Assembly: GCF_009914755.1 (NCBI RefSeq)
Contig: NC_060929.1
DNA from: the human T2T-CHM13v2.0 reference genome, Homo sapiens
Direction: 5' to 3' (one strand)
Length of the DNA stretch: 64,000 nt
In this document: piece by piece, positions 14,800-29,711 of the stretch
Position numbering within the stretch: position 1 is the stretch's first letter
Layout: each line of letters starts with the position of its first letter
Notes under the pieces: generated by a model
The model's database searches: none
The model's input: only the letters and a program-made list of their open reading frames with translations
Told to the model about the DNA's origin: nothing
Translations under genes and position numbers: made by a program

Positions 14800-15880
14800 G
14801 TGGATGATTTTGACATTAAAACAGAAGATTCTCTCTTAATAAAAAAACCCATCAGAAATGTTAACCGATAAATGACAGACTGAGTAAAGGTATTTGCAAT
14901 ATCTCATATCAACAAATTACTGATACCTCTGATATATATAAAACCCCTACAAATCAATTAAAAAGAAAAGAACTCAATAAGAAATTAGGCAAAGAAGATG
15001 GACCGTTCCTTCACTGAAAGGAAAATCCAACTGGCTAAACAATATGTGAAGAGAGGCCCAAACTCACTAGTAATGAAGGGCACAAAAATGCGAACGGCAA
15101 TGAGATAATCCATTTGGATCTATGAGTTTGACAAACATTAGCATGTGAACAACACCAAGTGCTGGTGGGGATGTGGGGAGACCAGAGCTCTCCTACTCTG
15201 AAGCTGGAATATAATTTGGCAGAGTCTTTCTTTTTTTTGTTTTTTTGATTTTTCTATATATATATATTTTTTTAATTATTACACTTTAAATTCTAGGGTA
15301 CATGTGCAAAACATGCAGGTTTTTTACATATGTATACATGTGCCATGTTGGTGTGCTGCACCCATTAACTCATCATTTACATTAGCTATATCTCCTAATG
15401 CTATCCCTTCTAGAAGGTGACCTGTAACACTTAGCAAAATTAAGCACACCTGTGCCCTATGTCCCAGTTAGCACATTCCTAGGTATACAATCCGGATCAA
15501 TTCTTTCCAATGTCTGCAAAGGAAGATGTACTACGGTAGGTGTTGCTAGGCTCTGTGTGGAAGTGGAGGAGAGCGTTGAAGTCAACCTGGGTGTCTGTCA
15601 TTAGGGGCAAGGACAAGTACAATGTGGTGGATACACACTGTGTGGGATACTATGTAACAGCCAGAAACCATAAATTAGGTGTACACACAGCTGCATGGAA
15701 AGGTCTCCATTCAACAAAACTGGGAAGCAAGTAGGAAATCCAATGAAATTAACCCCATGGCACAATGTATCTAAATTAAATACATCACACACAAAGCTAT
15801 ATTACCTATTTCATTAGAATCAATGCATATTTAAAGATGTGTATGAGACATAGTAGGCTGGGTGCTAAGAGAGTTCAGTC
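14800..15880 (+). mobile_element. L1ME-type ORF2 end/3' UTR fragment
   Basis: gtatttgcaatatctcatatcaaca, ccctacaaatcaattaaaaag, aactcactagtaat, caagtgctggtggggatgtgggg. Confidence 0.75.
15227..15406 (-). mobile_element. Short young L1PA 3' end
   Basis: tttaaattctagggtacatgtgca...tttacattagctatatctcctaatgctatccc matches the L1PA2-5 terminus. Confidence 0.9.
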
Positions 15881-15882
15881 TA

Positions 15883-16261
<379 letters not shown>

Positions 16262-16377
16262 CTAGGCAGACACTTGGAAGATGTCTGACCACAAGTCTAG
16301 GTAGTAGAGACAGGAGTGGACTGGGACAGAGAACCCAGTGAGGGGCTACTAGAAAAGCCTGGGTGCAAAAAGATAAG

Positions 16378-16864
<487 letters not shown>

Positions 16865-17884
16865 CTAAGTGGACTGTGCCGGCATTACCAGGACCGGGAA
16901 CCCATGAGGAGCACCAGATTTGGTGTGAAAATAATGAGCTTCCTTTGGATTGTCCATAGAGGATAAAATTATTGGTGTGTCCATGACGAAGTGTGTGAAT
17001 GTTTTACTGCAAATAAACATTTGGGCAACACACTTGAGCAGGTTCCCTAATATTCCACATGCTGCCATGCTAAATTAGCCTTTACAAAATGGCTAAGATG
17101 ACTTAATGAAATGAATTTCTGGACCCAAGAAGAAAGCGAATAATATTTATATCTCAGTGAAGGCCAGAATTCGGGCTGACCCAGACTGAATAAAAGGTTT
17201 TCGTTTGAAGTTTGAACCGAAATACGGCAGTTTATTTTTAATCTCTGAGTTATAAACTGGGATTTGTGCAAACAATTTGATTCCCTGTGGACTCCAAATC
17301 GTGATGAATATCAATACTTTAGGGCTTTCGTAATACAATACCAGAGTTTATTGAGGAAAATAAATACTCATGACAGCGACAAAGATTTCATTTCCCAAAC
17401 TCTCAATTCATGTAGCAGTTGGCCACTGCAAGGACCAAGGCCTGGGAATGTATCTATTTGACCTACACAAAGGCTCAGAGAGGAATAAGACTCATCTTTA
17501 GATGTTATACTGAACTCCACAAGGTCTCACTAGAGGTCTGAGCAGAAAAGAGTGAAAATGAGATGAAAGGTGGGGCAGGGCACTGAACTCACAGCCAAAA
17601 AGCCTGGGTTCCAGTTCTGCCACAGACTCGTCGGGGGGCCTTGGACGAGTCACCTCTGTGTACCTCCCTTGGGTTCTTCTGTTGCTTCATGGATAAAAAT
17701 AAGCCTGTCCAATGATAGGATCTCTGAGTTCTTTCCCTATTTGATTCCAATACTCTGCTCTGTCCCAACCCTCTGTTTCTACAACCATGTTCTAAAACAA
17801 ACAGGCTCACTTATGTTCTGTTTTTTACCAAAGATGTTCCCACTCCTGATCACTATGGACCCCTCATCATTATGTCCTTCATGT

Positions 17885-18070
17885 TTTCCTCTTTAAATAA
17901 ACTCTTTAAATAAAATAAAACTTTTTACTTAAAAAGTTTTAAGTAAACCTCTCTGGTCCATTTTAAAAAAGTATGAAGTAAATGGTAGTAGATATGCTCA
18001 ATGATACGGCTGAGATAACAGTAGCGTTCGAAGGCACCGATATTACCTTTTGGTCTGGTAGTTGGGAAAC
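17885..18070. mobile_element. Second copy of the hAT-like terminal fragment
   Basis: Aligns by eye to 14216-14378. Confidence 0.5.
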
Positions 18071-18211
18071 AGATCAGGAAGGTGACGGGCTGTCCCAAGG
18101 AGCCTTATTTGCAATCGGCAGGCAGCACGTACAGGGCTGGGCCCCACTTTCTCAGTGAAGGAAGTGGTGCTCAGAAAGAAAGCAATTCCCGAGACTGCAC
18201 AGGTAAAAATC

Positions 18212-18318
18212 AGTGTGATCAGCTGTCTCAGCCTGCCTGGGACTGTCCCAGTTTGAACACCGGAAGTACCACATTCCATGAAACCCTTCCCTCAGTTTGG
18301 GACCATTGGGCATCCTAG
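18212..18318. mobile_element. MER81-like (hAT-Blackjack) MITE
   Basis: gcctgggactgtcccagtttgaacaccggaagt...gaaacccttccctcagt. Confidence 0.65.
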
Positions 18319-18592
18319 GAAGGTGCAGTCTCAGGGGTTTTACAGTCCTTGAGTAAAGATCATTGATTCATAAGAATCAGCAGGAAGGTGGCAGCTCTTT
18401 GGAGTCAGGCAACAAACCCCACCAGGTACTGTTTTGACGAGGCCTTAAAGGCGAATGCTTGTGCTTAGAATATGTCAAAAACAGCTCTCACAGGTCTTTA
18501 ACTTTTCTTCCTGGCCAGCATCAAGGCTGTATCTTTTGGCCTACAGATTCCTGCTAATTTGGGTCAAAAACAACTCTGATATTAGACACACA

Positions 18593-19069
18593 CGTCATAG
18601 GTTGAATTGTGACCCCCTCCCCAACCCTGGCCAAAAAGATTTGCAGAGGTCCTTATCCCTGGCACCTGTGAATATCATCTTATTTGACAAGAGGGTCTTT
18701 ACGCATGATCAAGTTAAAATGAAGTCATTAGGATGGCCGTAATCCAAAAGGGCTGGTGTCCTTATAAGAAGGGGAAAATGCCATGGGAAGCCACAGGCCT
18801 GGGAGGGGAGAACTCCACGTGAGAATTGGGGGTGAGGATTGAAGGGTGGCAGCTGCAAGCCACTGAATGACAAAGGTTGTTAGCAATTAGCCAGGAGCTG
18901 GAAGAGGCCAGGAAGAAACTTTCTCTGCAGGTTTCAGAAGGATTTCCCCAGAGCCCTGCAGGCACCTTGATTTCTGTCTTCCAGCCTCTGGTGCTGTGAG
19001 GCAATACGTTCTTGTTTTAAACCACCCAGTTTGTGGTGCCCTGTCACGGCAGCCTTAGAAACCCACGCA
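18593..19069 (+). mobile_element. MaLR solo LTR (MLT1C-like)
   Basis: aggttgaattgtgacccc...gtccttataagaagggga...cttccagcctctgg...ggcagccttagaaac. Confidence 0.85.
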
Positions 19070-19099
19070 GTGCTCAACTGAACAGCTGCATGGGAGAGT

Positions 19100-19735
19100 G
19101 GTCTTTCTAATACACTGCATCTGACTATGTCACTCCCCAAAGCAGAACCTGTCGTGGCTCCTACTGCATATGGGATAGAGCTCAAATACCGTTTCTCTCC
19201 AACATTCTCTCCTGCCTTGTTTTCTGTGTGAACTGTGCTCCAGCCACACTTATCTTCTTTCTCCTCTTTGAACTTGCCAAGTGGGTTCCCAGCTTAGGGA
19301 GGGTCTTGGAAGACTTCCTTACAGGAAGCCTTGGGCTGAGTTTTCATGCACTGCCCTGGGGTCACTGTGCCTGCCATTGACAACCTTCAAAACTCTCTGT
19401 CCCCAGTTGGTTTCTCCTCACACTCAAGGAGTTAGTTCAGATGTCACCTCTAAAGGGGCTTTGCTGTGCATGCCATACAGGCCACTCTTCCCGGGTCACT
19501 CACCACCCTGCCACCCTGTTTCATTTCTATCATGGCAATTATTGCTAGCACATATCATCTATCATGTTCGTTTATTTGTCTATATGCCTATTGCTTGTCT
19601 TCCCTCACTAGGATACAAGGTGCATAAAGGCAAGAATCTTGTCTGTTTAGGTTTTTACGATGTCTCCAGTGATCAGAACTGGGTCTGGCAGCCAGGAGAG
19701 CCTGACACAGGTATGCTAAATAAATGGATAGTCAC
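19100..19735 (+). mobile_element. L2 LINE 3' fragment
   Basis: atctgactatgtcactcccc, gctccagccacact, cagatgtcacctct, tgcttgtcttccctcactagg. Confidence 0.75.
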
Positions 19736-19739
19736 ACAT

Positions 19740-19920
19740 AACAGGTAGAGCATTGTGCTAGGTCTGGTTTAAGTGCATTAAATATGCTAACGGTTTTCTA
19801 AATCTTTTTTGCAATTGCATGAGAAACACAGAGAGGTTTAGTGCTTGGCCAAGGTCACACAGCTGCTAAGCAGCAGAGTTAAGATTTGAATTGAGAGCCA
19901 GCACTGTTAACTGCCATGCC
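19740..19920 (-). mobile_element. MIR SINE
   Basis: gagaggtttagtgcttggccaaggtcacacagct. Confidence 0.75.
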
Positions 19921-20592
19921 ACCATGCCATGCTACCTCTTGGTGGAAGGAAAGAAAGCTGTTGCAGTCATTGTGTCTGCTCAGAATTCTCGCCAACTCTT
20001 CTCACATGCTCACGCAGGGTACCCTCCAGCTGCTGGGTGTACCTCGGCCACAGCCTCCTCCCACTGCCTCCCAGGTATTATTATTGCTTATCTAGGCTTC
20101 CATCTCTCTTACTATACTCCTTGACACCTGCTGCTGTCTGCTTTCCTGTCCTCCATGGGGTGTGTCTTCAAAGTCCTATCAATGATCACTTCCCAACTTG
20201 TCTGTGTATTTCTCATCCTCCCAGGTCCTGGTTGTGCCAAGTTCTCTCTTGCCTCCGGGCTGTTGCGCATACATTGCCTTTGCCTGGAATGCTTTTCCCC
20301 TCTCCTCCTCCTGGTTCAGCCCCCTTGCCATTTGAGGTACATCGCCTCCTCCAGGAAGGGTCTCTGGGTTGTGTGGTTGAGTTGGGTGCCCTTGCCACGG
20401 GTGCTCACAGCCTGTTAATAGTTCTCCCATCATGGCAGCCACGTGAGTGGGGGCCAACTGTCTGTTTACCCAGCTGCCTCTCACACTATGCTGCAGCCAC
20501 ATGGGGGCTCCAATCACTTCTTGGTTATCTCTCTATCTCCCACATTCAGGACCTAGAAGAGAGTGGATGCTAAGTAAGGGCTAGGTGTATAA

Positions 20593-20898
<306 letters not shown>

Positions 20899-20929
20899 AA
20901 TGGCACATTTTTTTCATTTTTACTCTTGG

Positions 20930-21165
20930 CCAACATCTATTGGGTATCTACAGTGTGCCAGGTATCATTCTCATGCTTTCTATATGTGAACTCAATAATC
21001 CGTAAAACAACCCAATAAGGCAGGTGCTGTTATTATTCTCAATTTACAGATTCAGAAACCAAGGCATGTTGGGGGGTCATGCCACTTGCTCAAGGACACT
21101 CAGTAAGAAGCAGAGTTGACTTTCAAACCCTGACATTTGGGCTCCAGAGCCCACTCTCTCATCTA
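20930..21165 (-). mobile_element. MIR SINE
   Basis: gtgtgccagg...aggcaggtgctgttattattctcaatttacagat...tttcaaaccc. Confidence 0.8.
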
Positions 21166-21514
21166 CTAAACTATATCTGCAAAGGTATAACAAGCTCTCT
21201 GAGGGCCAGCCTCAAGCCCCCTGCCCCTGTGGGGCAGAGGCAGCCCTCTGGCTGTGTTGGCTATTTCCACTTTGGGGTGAGGACAGGACAGGGGGATGGA
21301 GATCATCACATCCTCATCCCTGGCCTGTGCCCTCCAAACTCCTGCTCTAGTTCTGCCCAGAGGGTAGGTATGAGGGTAAGGCTCCTTCTCAGCTCACATC
21401 TATGCTTTTAAAAAGCACTACCTCTCAGGATGCTTGGGGAGGAGGATGTGCACCCTGTCTTGCATCTAGCTGTCCTAAATTTGCTAAATCCCAAAATCTC
21501 ATCAAAAATAACTA

Positions 21515-22020
21515 TTCATTTATTATTTACCCATCATCCATCTTCCATTCATCAATTCATTCATCATATATCCATCCATCCACTCATTATCCATTCATTC
21601 ACCCATCATCCATCCATCCATCCATCCATCCATTATCCACCCATCCATCATCCATCCATTCACCCATCATCCACCCACCCATCCATCCATTCATTATCCA
21701 TCCATCTATTCATCATACATACATCCATTATCCATCCATCCATCCATTCATCATCCATCAATCCATCATCCATCCATCCACCCATCCATCCATCAATCCA
21801 TTCATTATCCATCCATCCATCCATTCATCATACATCCATCAATATCCATCCATCCATCCATTAATCATCTATCAAGCCATCATCCATCCATCCATCCATT
21901 CATCCAGTCATCCATTCATCATCCATTTTCCATCCATCCATCAATCCATCCATTCATCATCCATCCATCCATTCATCATCCTTCCATCCATCCATCCGTC
22001 CATCCAGCCATCCATCCATC
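21515..22020. repeat. Degenerate (CCAT/CATT)n array, ~500 bp
   Basis: Directly visible. Confidence 0.97.
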
Positions 22021-22619
22021 TCTTATTTATTAAGCCCTCATTCTGTACCAACCATTATTCAGAGGACTTCACAGACCTCATCTCACCTAATCCTCATAGC
22101 AACCATTGAGGTATTGTTAACTCCATTTGCAGGTACAGAAATGGGGGCTTAGGGGCTGAGCACCTTGCCCATGGTAGCAAAGCTGGGGTTCCAAACCAGG
22201 TCTGCCTGGCATTAGAACCTCCAGTGAACAGGCTACTGAGAAAAAGAATGAACTAACCAGTTACTGAGACTGGTTGTTGAGAAGGGAATGCCTGGAGAGG
22301 CAGCACCACCCTATGCAGCTGCTCATTTGCTCTGCTGGGATGATTCCCATTCATTAATTCATTCATCACACATCAAGGAGAATCTAGAGTGTTTTAAGAA
22401 CTCCACTAAGATGTGTTTGCCAGGAGGGTTATGAGATACTGACCATGAGGTTCCCTGAATGGAGTGATGCAGAGGATACCTCTGAAAGGCCTTAGGCCCC
22501 CACTGCAGAGTTCTGGCAAACTCTCTCCAGCTTTGCCTAAGCATTCTCTTCTATCTGGAATGTTCTCCTCTTCCCTCTCTGCCTTCCCCCAGCCTATTGA
22601 GCCTCTTATAATTTCAGTT

Positions 22620-23000
22620 ACTTAACTTGCTTATGTGCTTATGCAGGCCTTTGTTCAATACATGTTTAGTGAGCACCTATGTTGTGTCAATCACTCATTC
22701 AGGTTTTGAGGATACAGTGATGAATAAGGCAGGCGGTTTCTCTGCCCCAGGGAGCTCACATTCTAGTGAAGGAGATGGGAAACACACAAACAAGATAAGG
22801 AAATGGACCAACTACTGTCCTAGGAAATAATGGAGATGGGGAGAAGGGGCTTTACTTTTGGTGGAGGTGTGAGAGAGTGATTGGAGATGAAAGGGGAGGA
22901 GCTGGCCATTTGAAAAACCAAGGACGGAGTGTCTTCAAGAGAGGGAACAGCAGGCTCAGAGGCCCTTAAAAACAAGGAGCTGGGAGAGCTGTGGTAGCTG
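22620..23000 (-). mobile_element. L2 3' end
   Basis: ttcaatacatgtttagtgagcacctatg...ggagctcacattctagtg. Confidence 0.75.
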
Positions 23001-23754
23001 CGGGATGTAGAATTGTTGACCCCCACCCTAAAGAGAATTAATCAGCTTTCCATCTGTGTTCCTGCAGCATTGTGCTTCCTTCTATTTGAGCTCCCACCAT
23101 ATGGTTATTATGGGTTATTATGGATTCATGTCTTTGTGTCCTCCATGGAACTCGGCATGCTTCAAGGTCAGGGATGGTCTGTAATGTGTGGCTAATAACA
23201 GTGAAAGCCTTACAAACCTTACAAGGTAGTTGGGAAGATTAAAGGTGATGATCTAGGAAAGGCCTTTAGTACAATTTCTGAAACTGTAAATGCTCCGCAA
23301 AGTCTAATAATTATTATTGATAGTGACCTACTGCCCACCCAGCCCAGGGGCCAACACATAGAAAGGATTGAGTCCTGTTTCCAGTGTGCAGGAAGGAGAG
23401 AAACAGGTGAGCTCGTCCAAGAGCAAGGCCATCAGGACTGTCGATGGGTCATCACCAACTGGCTGGGGGTTGTGCTTCCAGGAAAGAGCACCTGCTATGG
23501 CTCCCAGGCCACAGACAGTGCAAGAAACATAGCCTCATTTTCTATAACTTACATGACTTCTACTTCTAGCCTCCATGTTAGGGTGGTGGACACAATCAAA
23601 TGTTCCCCTACTTTCTCCCAGGGTGACATCTAAGATCTAGAGGTCTCAAATACTACGCACACCTTGAGGATCTGGCTTCTCCAGTTTTTGGTAACATCCA
23701 TTCAAGACTCAGGATTCCAGTCCACTGGCCCTTGGTTATCTGTCGACGTGGGCC

Positions 23755-24410
23755 ATTTGCTCATTCAATAAAAACTCATTGATCACATCTGAAGCATCAG
23801 GTGCTGTCCTAGGTGTTTGAGATACAGACATAAAAGAAACAGACAAAATCATGCTCTTGGAGCTGCATTCTAATAGGGATGAAGATGGAGGATAGAAAAT
23901 AATCCAGTAAACATCTGTCAGGTGATGAGTTATGGCGATCAGAGTGTGGAGAGTGAATGAGTGGGGGCGATGATGGACAGGACGCTAAGGTGGTGTTTAA
24001 GCCAACACCTGAAAGAATTGAAGGAGTGAGTCCCGGTTCTGCCTAGGAGCACTCCAGGGCATGTGCAAAGGCCCCAGTGTGAGCTCCGTATGTTGGAGGG
24101 ACAGCCCGGAGGGTGGGGTGGCTGGAACTGAGTGAGCAAGGGGGAGACAAGGCCCGAGGGGTGGGCAGGTAGGGCCTTGTAGGTCACAGAGGGGATTGGC
24201 CTTTTGGGCTCAGTGAGACGAGGGGATGCTGGGGGATTCTGAGCAGAGGAGGAGTGACACAACCTAACCTATGTTTTGAAAGGATCACTCTGGCTGCTGT
24301 GGGAAGAAACAGCTGTAACAGGGTGAGGGTGGGAGTAAGTTAGGAGGCTGCTGTGGCAATTCAGAGGAGAGGTGGTGGCTAGGTCCAGGGTATGAGGATG
24401 GCGAGAAACA
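23755..24410 (-). mobile_element. L2a 3' fragment
   Basis: cattcaataaaaactcattga...gcagaggaggagtgacac...ttttgaaaggatcactctggctgctgtg. Confidence 0.85.
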
Positions 24411-25141
24411 TAAAAGTAGAAAGAGCTACACTAGTGGGGCATCTCCCTTGTACTTAGGTTTTGAAGGGCCAGCCTAGTATCTGCTCATTCTTCAGAGAGA
24501 ATGGGTCAAGGCCGCCCTCTCAGATGTGCGGGCTGTGCTGGGTGCTGGCTGGGTGCTCGGATGCCGTTTCATTGCTTCTGCAGCCCCTGGCCACCAGCAC
24601 ATCTGTGTGAGCCTGTCTGGGGCCTTGTTTCCAAGACATACCATGCATTTTGGCTTTTGTGGTTTCTTTCACCCTCCTTATACTCCTGTGAGGTCTCTGC
24701 CCTGGGATCCCTCAAACCTCTTGAAGGTATTTATCCCTTCCTGGGGCTGCCTGGAGCAGAGATCAATGCACTTTCTCTAAGACTCCCCTGAAGTATCTTG
24801 ATTCTCCTCTGATACCTTCTTGCTCCAAGTCTGGAGAAATCTGCTCAGACTTGAGGGGTCGAGCTATGAAGGAGGGGAAGGCCTTGTTTGTATAGCCTCA
24901 TGTTTTCTCCTAAATGTTTTGTGTGCTGTAAGGGGTTTCCCTCCGCTAAGAATTTAGGTTTTTCCCTTTTCTCTGCTTTAAGCTCCAGAACAGTCCTGAG
25001 GGGGAGGGGTAAGGGGGGAGAGAGAGCAGAGAAAGTAACATGGGTGTAGAATACCAGTTGTAATTTGCAAAGATTATCCTACCTCCAAAGCAAAAGGAGC
25101 AGTTTGTTTTGGATCCAAAACACAAAAATATGCATTTCAAA

Positions 25142-25720
25142 AACAGCTTTATTGGGGTGTTCTTGATAAAGAATTGCACATAGTTAATGTGTATGATTTC
25201 ATGAGTTTGGGGCATCTTCAAACACCTGTGATACCATCCCCACAATCAAGGTGACTGACATAGTCAGCCTACCCCCCGAAGCTTTCATGTGTTGCTTTGT
25301 TTTTGTTTGCTCTTCTTGTTTTGTGGTAAGAACACTTCACATGAGATCTACCCTCTTAACAAATTCGGAAGGGCCCAATACCATATTGCTAACTAGAGGC
25401 ACAACATTGCACAGCAGAGCTCTAGAACTGTTCATCTTGCATAACTGAACCTTTTTACCCATTGAACAACTAACTCTCCATTTTCCACTCCCCCAACCCC
25501 CGGCAACCACTATGGTATTCTCCACTTCTATGAGTTTGTCTATTTTAGATATAGATATAAGTGGAATTATAAATTATTGGTCCTTCTGTGTCTGGCTTAT
25601 TTCACTTAACATAATGTCCTCCAGATTCATCCATGTTGTTGCAAATGGCAGGACTTCCTTCCTTTTTATGGCTACATAATATTTCACGGTGTGTTTATAC
25701 CACATCCTTCTTATCATTCA
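25142..25720 (-). mobile_element. L1MA8-10-like 3' UTR
   Basis: acagctttattg, ttgtggtaagaacactt...atctaccctcttaacaaatt, ccatgttgttgcaaatggcagga. Confidence 0.88.
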
Positions 25721-26440
25721 TCAAATGCTCACCCTGCTCATTTCTGCCTCAAGGACTTTGTCCTTGTCATTCCCTTTATCAGGCACGTGGCCCCAGCTGG
25801 GTGCAAATGGAGTCTTCCTATGTGCCTAGCTGGGGAGAGAGATGGCTTTGATGAGCGAGCAGCCTGTCTTCTCCACGGTGGCTCTGTGCCCGCCCACCTT
25901 CATGACATCCACCCTTTGTCAATTGAGGTCTGCAGGGTTGGAATGGCCCTGTTTTGTGGGTGTAATGTTGGGGTACAATATTCAACTATTCCACCTTTCT
26001 GCACCAGTTACAACATGATTTGTCAGTCTTCTCAAAAAATTTTGATGAAATAACAATTAGGTATCATGAGCTATACTTGGAAATGAAGATACAAATAAAA
26101 AGTTGTCATTAGAGTGAAAAAGATTACACTCATCCATCTACTGCATTTTGCAAACATTTATTGAGTCCCCATATTGTGCTCAACAGTCATAGCCCGTGCC
26201 ACATGAAAAGCCCACGTGAGCCGTATTTCATGATGGATGTGACAGGCTTGGTCTTCACTTACTAGTGTGATCCTGTGTGAATAATTTCACCTCTGACTCT
26301 CAGTTTTCTCATCTGTAAAATGGGAATGGTGATAAATTATGATTCAACAATGTTGCACAGAAGGTGCCTGGAAGAATAGCCTTTTCTTGGGTTTTAATAT
26401 CTGAGCTCTTTCTTCCACTCCACCTCCCCGCTCCCGGTCA

Positions 26441-26442
<2 letters not shown>

Positions 26443-26473
<31 letters not shown>

Positions 26474-26752
26474 GAGACAGGTCTCACTCTGTGGTTCAGG
26501 CTGAAGTGGAGTTGTACAATCATAGGTCGCTGTAATTTTGAATTTCTGGGCTCAAGTGAACTTCCCACCTCAGTCTCCCAAGTAGCTGGGACTAAATCCA
26601 TGAGTCAATGCATGTGGCTAATTTTTAAATTATTTCAGAAATGAGGTCTCACTATGTTGCCCAGGATGGTCTCAAACTCTTGGCCTCAATCAATCCTCCC
26701 ACCTCAGCCTCCCGAGTTGCTGGGATTACAGGCGTGAGCCACTGTGGACAGC
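26443..26752 (-). mobile_element. AluJ
   Basis: T27 tail, gggctcaagtgaacttcccacctcag and gtctcactatgttgcccagg. Confidence 0.92.
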
Positions 26753-27149
26753 TTTCTCTTCCCTTTTAAGAGCTCAGACTATCTGTTCAGAAATTCTCAC
26801 TTTTGAAGCCAAGGTTTGCCAACAATTGGTGCCAAAAAAAAAAAAAAAAAAAAAAGAGAGAGAAAGTAGGTCAGAGTTTAGGCCTCCACAATCTCACTTT
26901 ACATGAACAAAAAGGAAAATAGTGCCTGAATCCAGGAATGGGGAAGGATTAAAAAAATTTTAATGTGAACATAATTAGCATGGAAGAAAAAGGGCAACTT
27001 GTTCTCTTTACTATTGACATTTAGACAAGACTGAGCTTGGCAATGAGAAAGGAAGAATTCCATAGAGGCCGAGTTCTGGGGCAGCACGGTTTTGTCTCTC
27101 ACTACTTTCCTCTCTTCCCTTTCTTCCCATACTTGTCCCCTTGAGTTTT

Positions 27150-27370
27150 CTGGGAGGTAGGTGGTATAGTGTAAGGAATTTGGGTTTTGATGTCTGAAGG
27201 AACCAGATTTGATTCTCGGCTCTCTCCTTTCCTACATGTGAAAATTTGGATAGATTTTTCAACTTCTCTGAGCCTCAGTTTCTTCATCTATGAAATGGAG
27301 GTAGGAACGCCCCACTCATGGACTGAGCGAGGCAGTGGATGGTAACCGCCTGGCACATAGTAGGTATCCA
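27150..27370 (+). mobile_element. MIR SINE
   Basis: aacttctctgagcctcagtttcttcatctatgaaatgg...cctggcacatagtagg. Confidence 0.8.
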
Positions 27371-27479
27371 CATGTGATTGTTTCCTCCCCTCCCGTTTTC
27401 CCTTGGGAATCTAGGCCTGTGCTAGTATCACACAGTTGTTTTTCATTTAAATTTTTCTTAGTTCTTCTTTTTCCTAATT

Positions 27480-28390
27480 TCATTCTCACCTTGACTCTAG
27501 AAGCTCATTCCTGCCTCCTCATTTCCAGGTCTCCTTAGCTTCCTTCCCAGGCCCTAGTTCAGGACACTCCACCCCTCTCCTGCCCTACTCCCACCCTGAT
27601 CTCCTGCCTGCATTCTCTTTCCCTCTCTCCTCCCCACTGCCCCAAAGTGATCTTCCCAACTGTAAATCTGACCTCACCACACTCCTGCTCAGAAGCTCTC
27701 AGAACTTCCTGCTGCTCTTGAGATGAGGGCCACTCATCCTGAATTTGCATTTCAGGGCCAGCTCTCACTCAGCAGATTCCCAGTAAACCCTATGCTCCAG
27801 CCATAAGGAATGACGTGTCCAATTGCAAACACATCTCCTTGTTTGACCCCCTGGCTGTTTATATGCACAACGTCCTCCTCCACCTGGCTAACCCCTATTC
27901 ATCCCTCAAAGCCCAACTCGAGTCTCTCCCGAGGGAAGCCTTCTTGGCCACTGCTGAGACAGAGTTCCTCCCTTGTCTTGTTTTGTCTCTATTTTTTCTT
28001 ATTCAGCTGGTCTCATGGCATTAATCTTACTGAATCCATATCGCCTGTGTGCTTGTCAGTTGTTCTACACCATACAGAGGTTCTCAGGGTGCAGAGGCTG
28101 CACCTTGTTATAATTTATTTATAAATTCATTCTACAGGCATGTATTCAGGATCTCTTCTGCCAGGCCCCTGCTGGCACTGGCAACTCAGTGGAGAACAAG
28201 ACAGACAAAGTCTCTGCTTGGAAGGGACTCACACTGTAGCAGGACAGTACAGATAGGCAAACAAAGAGGTGAATGAGAAACTATCCATTGGTGATGAGTG
28301 CTATAGAAAGAAGGAAATCAGCAGGGACAGAGTGCTGGGGGTGTGTGCTGGATGCATGTTGGGTGGTCTGAGGAGGTCTCTCTGTATCTG
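27480..28390. mobile_element. Adjacent L2 fragments in opposite orientations
   Basis: gtaaatctgacctcaccac and atgctccagccata (+); cattctacaggcatgtattcagg and ggtgatgagtgctatagaaag (-). Confidence 0.65.
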
Positions 28391-29378
28391 TCGTAGAAGA
28401 CACTAGAATGCCTGTCAACAGAAAGGAGGAGGGGAAGTGTACTTCCTTCTCCTTGATGCATGTGACCTCGTGACTGGTAGCAAGGTCATAAGTGAGTACC
28501 CCTGGGTTTATGTTTTCCAGAATGGCCATTCTCAGATTGGATTCAAGTCTTAACAAAGCTGACAAATGCTTATCTTTCTCATCACAACCACTGTAATTAC
28601 CCTATGGGTGGAGAGACCTGGTGAGTAGGTGCCAGAGGGGAGCAAATGTGGGTTCAATATCAGGGGAAGCTCCGGAACAATGAGTGCCGTGTGACATCCT
28701 CATAATAACAGTAATTATGACAAAAATAACCCTCGCCTTCCCTTTTGCTGCTTTACCTTTTGCCATTTCTAAAGCATATTAGTAGCCAATGCCGTATTTG
28801 AGTCTCTGCAGCACTGTGAGATCACGAGCCCTGTCTGTAGGAAGGGCAACTGGAACCCACGGAGTGCAGTGGCTTTCCGGGGTCACACAACTGAACCCAA
28901 TATCCAACCCCAGGTTCTCATTCCCAAATCTAGGTTCCAGAAAGGGCTGTCTTGGGAAGTAGTAAGCTCTATCAGCAGATAGGCGAGGAGAGGATGAGCA
29001 TCTCGCCTCCCTTGCAAGGAGACAGAGGAGACTGAGGGATGGGAGGGAGGATGTGGGGCTCTGCTGTCCCCTCTTAGGTTCTGGACTCCTCATTGTAACA
29101 CCGTGGGAACAAGATATTTTTTAGGTGCATGGGAGACCTTTCATTTCTTCACTTCCTCAACATCGGCAAGAAAGCTCCACCTTCTTCTCGGTGAGAGCTC
29201 TGCAAGCCTGCTTGCCAGGTTGAAAGGTGTGTGAAAGCTGGCCCATGCTTTGCTGCGTGAACTTTAAAATCTAACATGCTGAGCCTCACGTGAGTGCCCG
29301 AGCCTTTCCTCCACGTTCTGTCATCCCTACACTGATAAGACCTAGGACAAAGGGCTATAAAAGATGATGGAGTTTTCT

Positions 29379-29711
<333 letters not shown>

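Noticed and set aside
21402-22109. 235-aa IHPS-rich ORF and similar ORFs at 45888-46280
   Set aside because: Translation of (CCAT)n arrays.
26834-26855. Orphan A22 run as a processed-pseudogene tail
   Set aside because: No upstream ORF, poly(A) signal or TSD visible.
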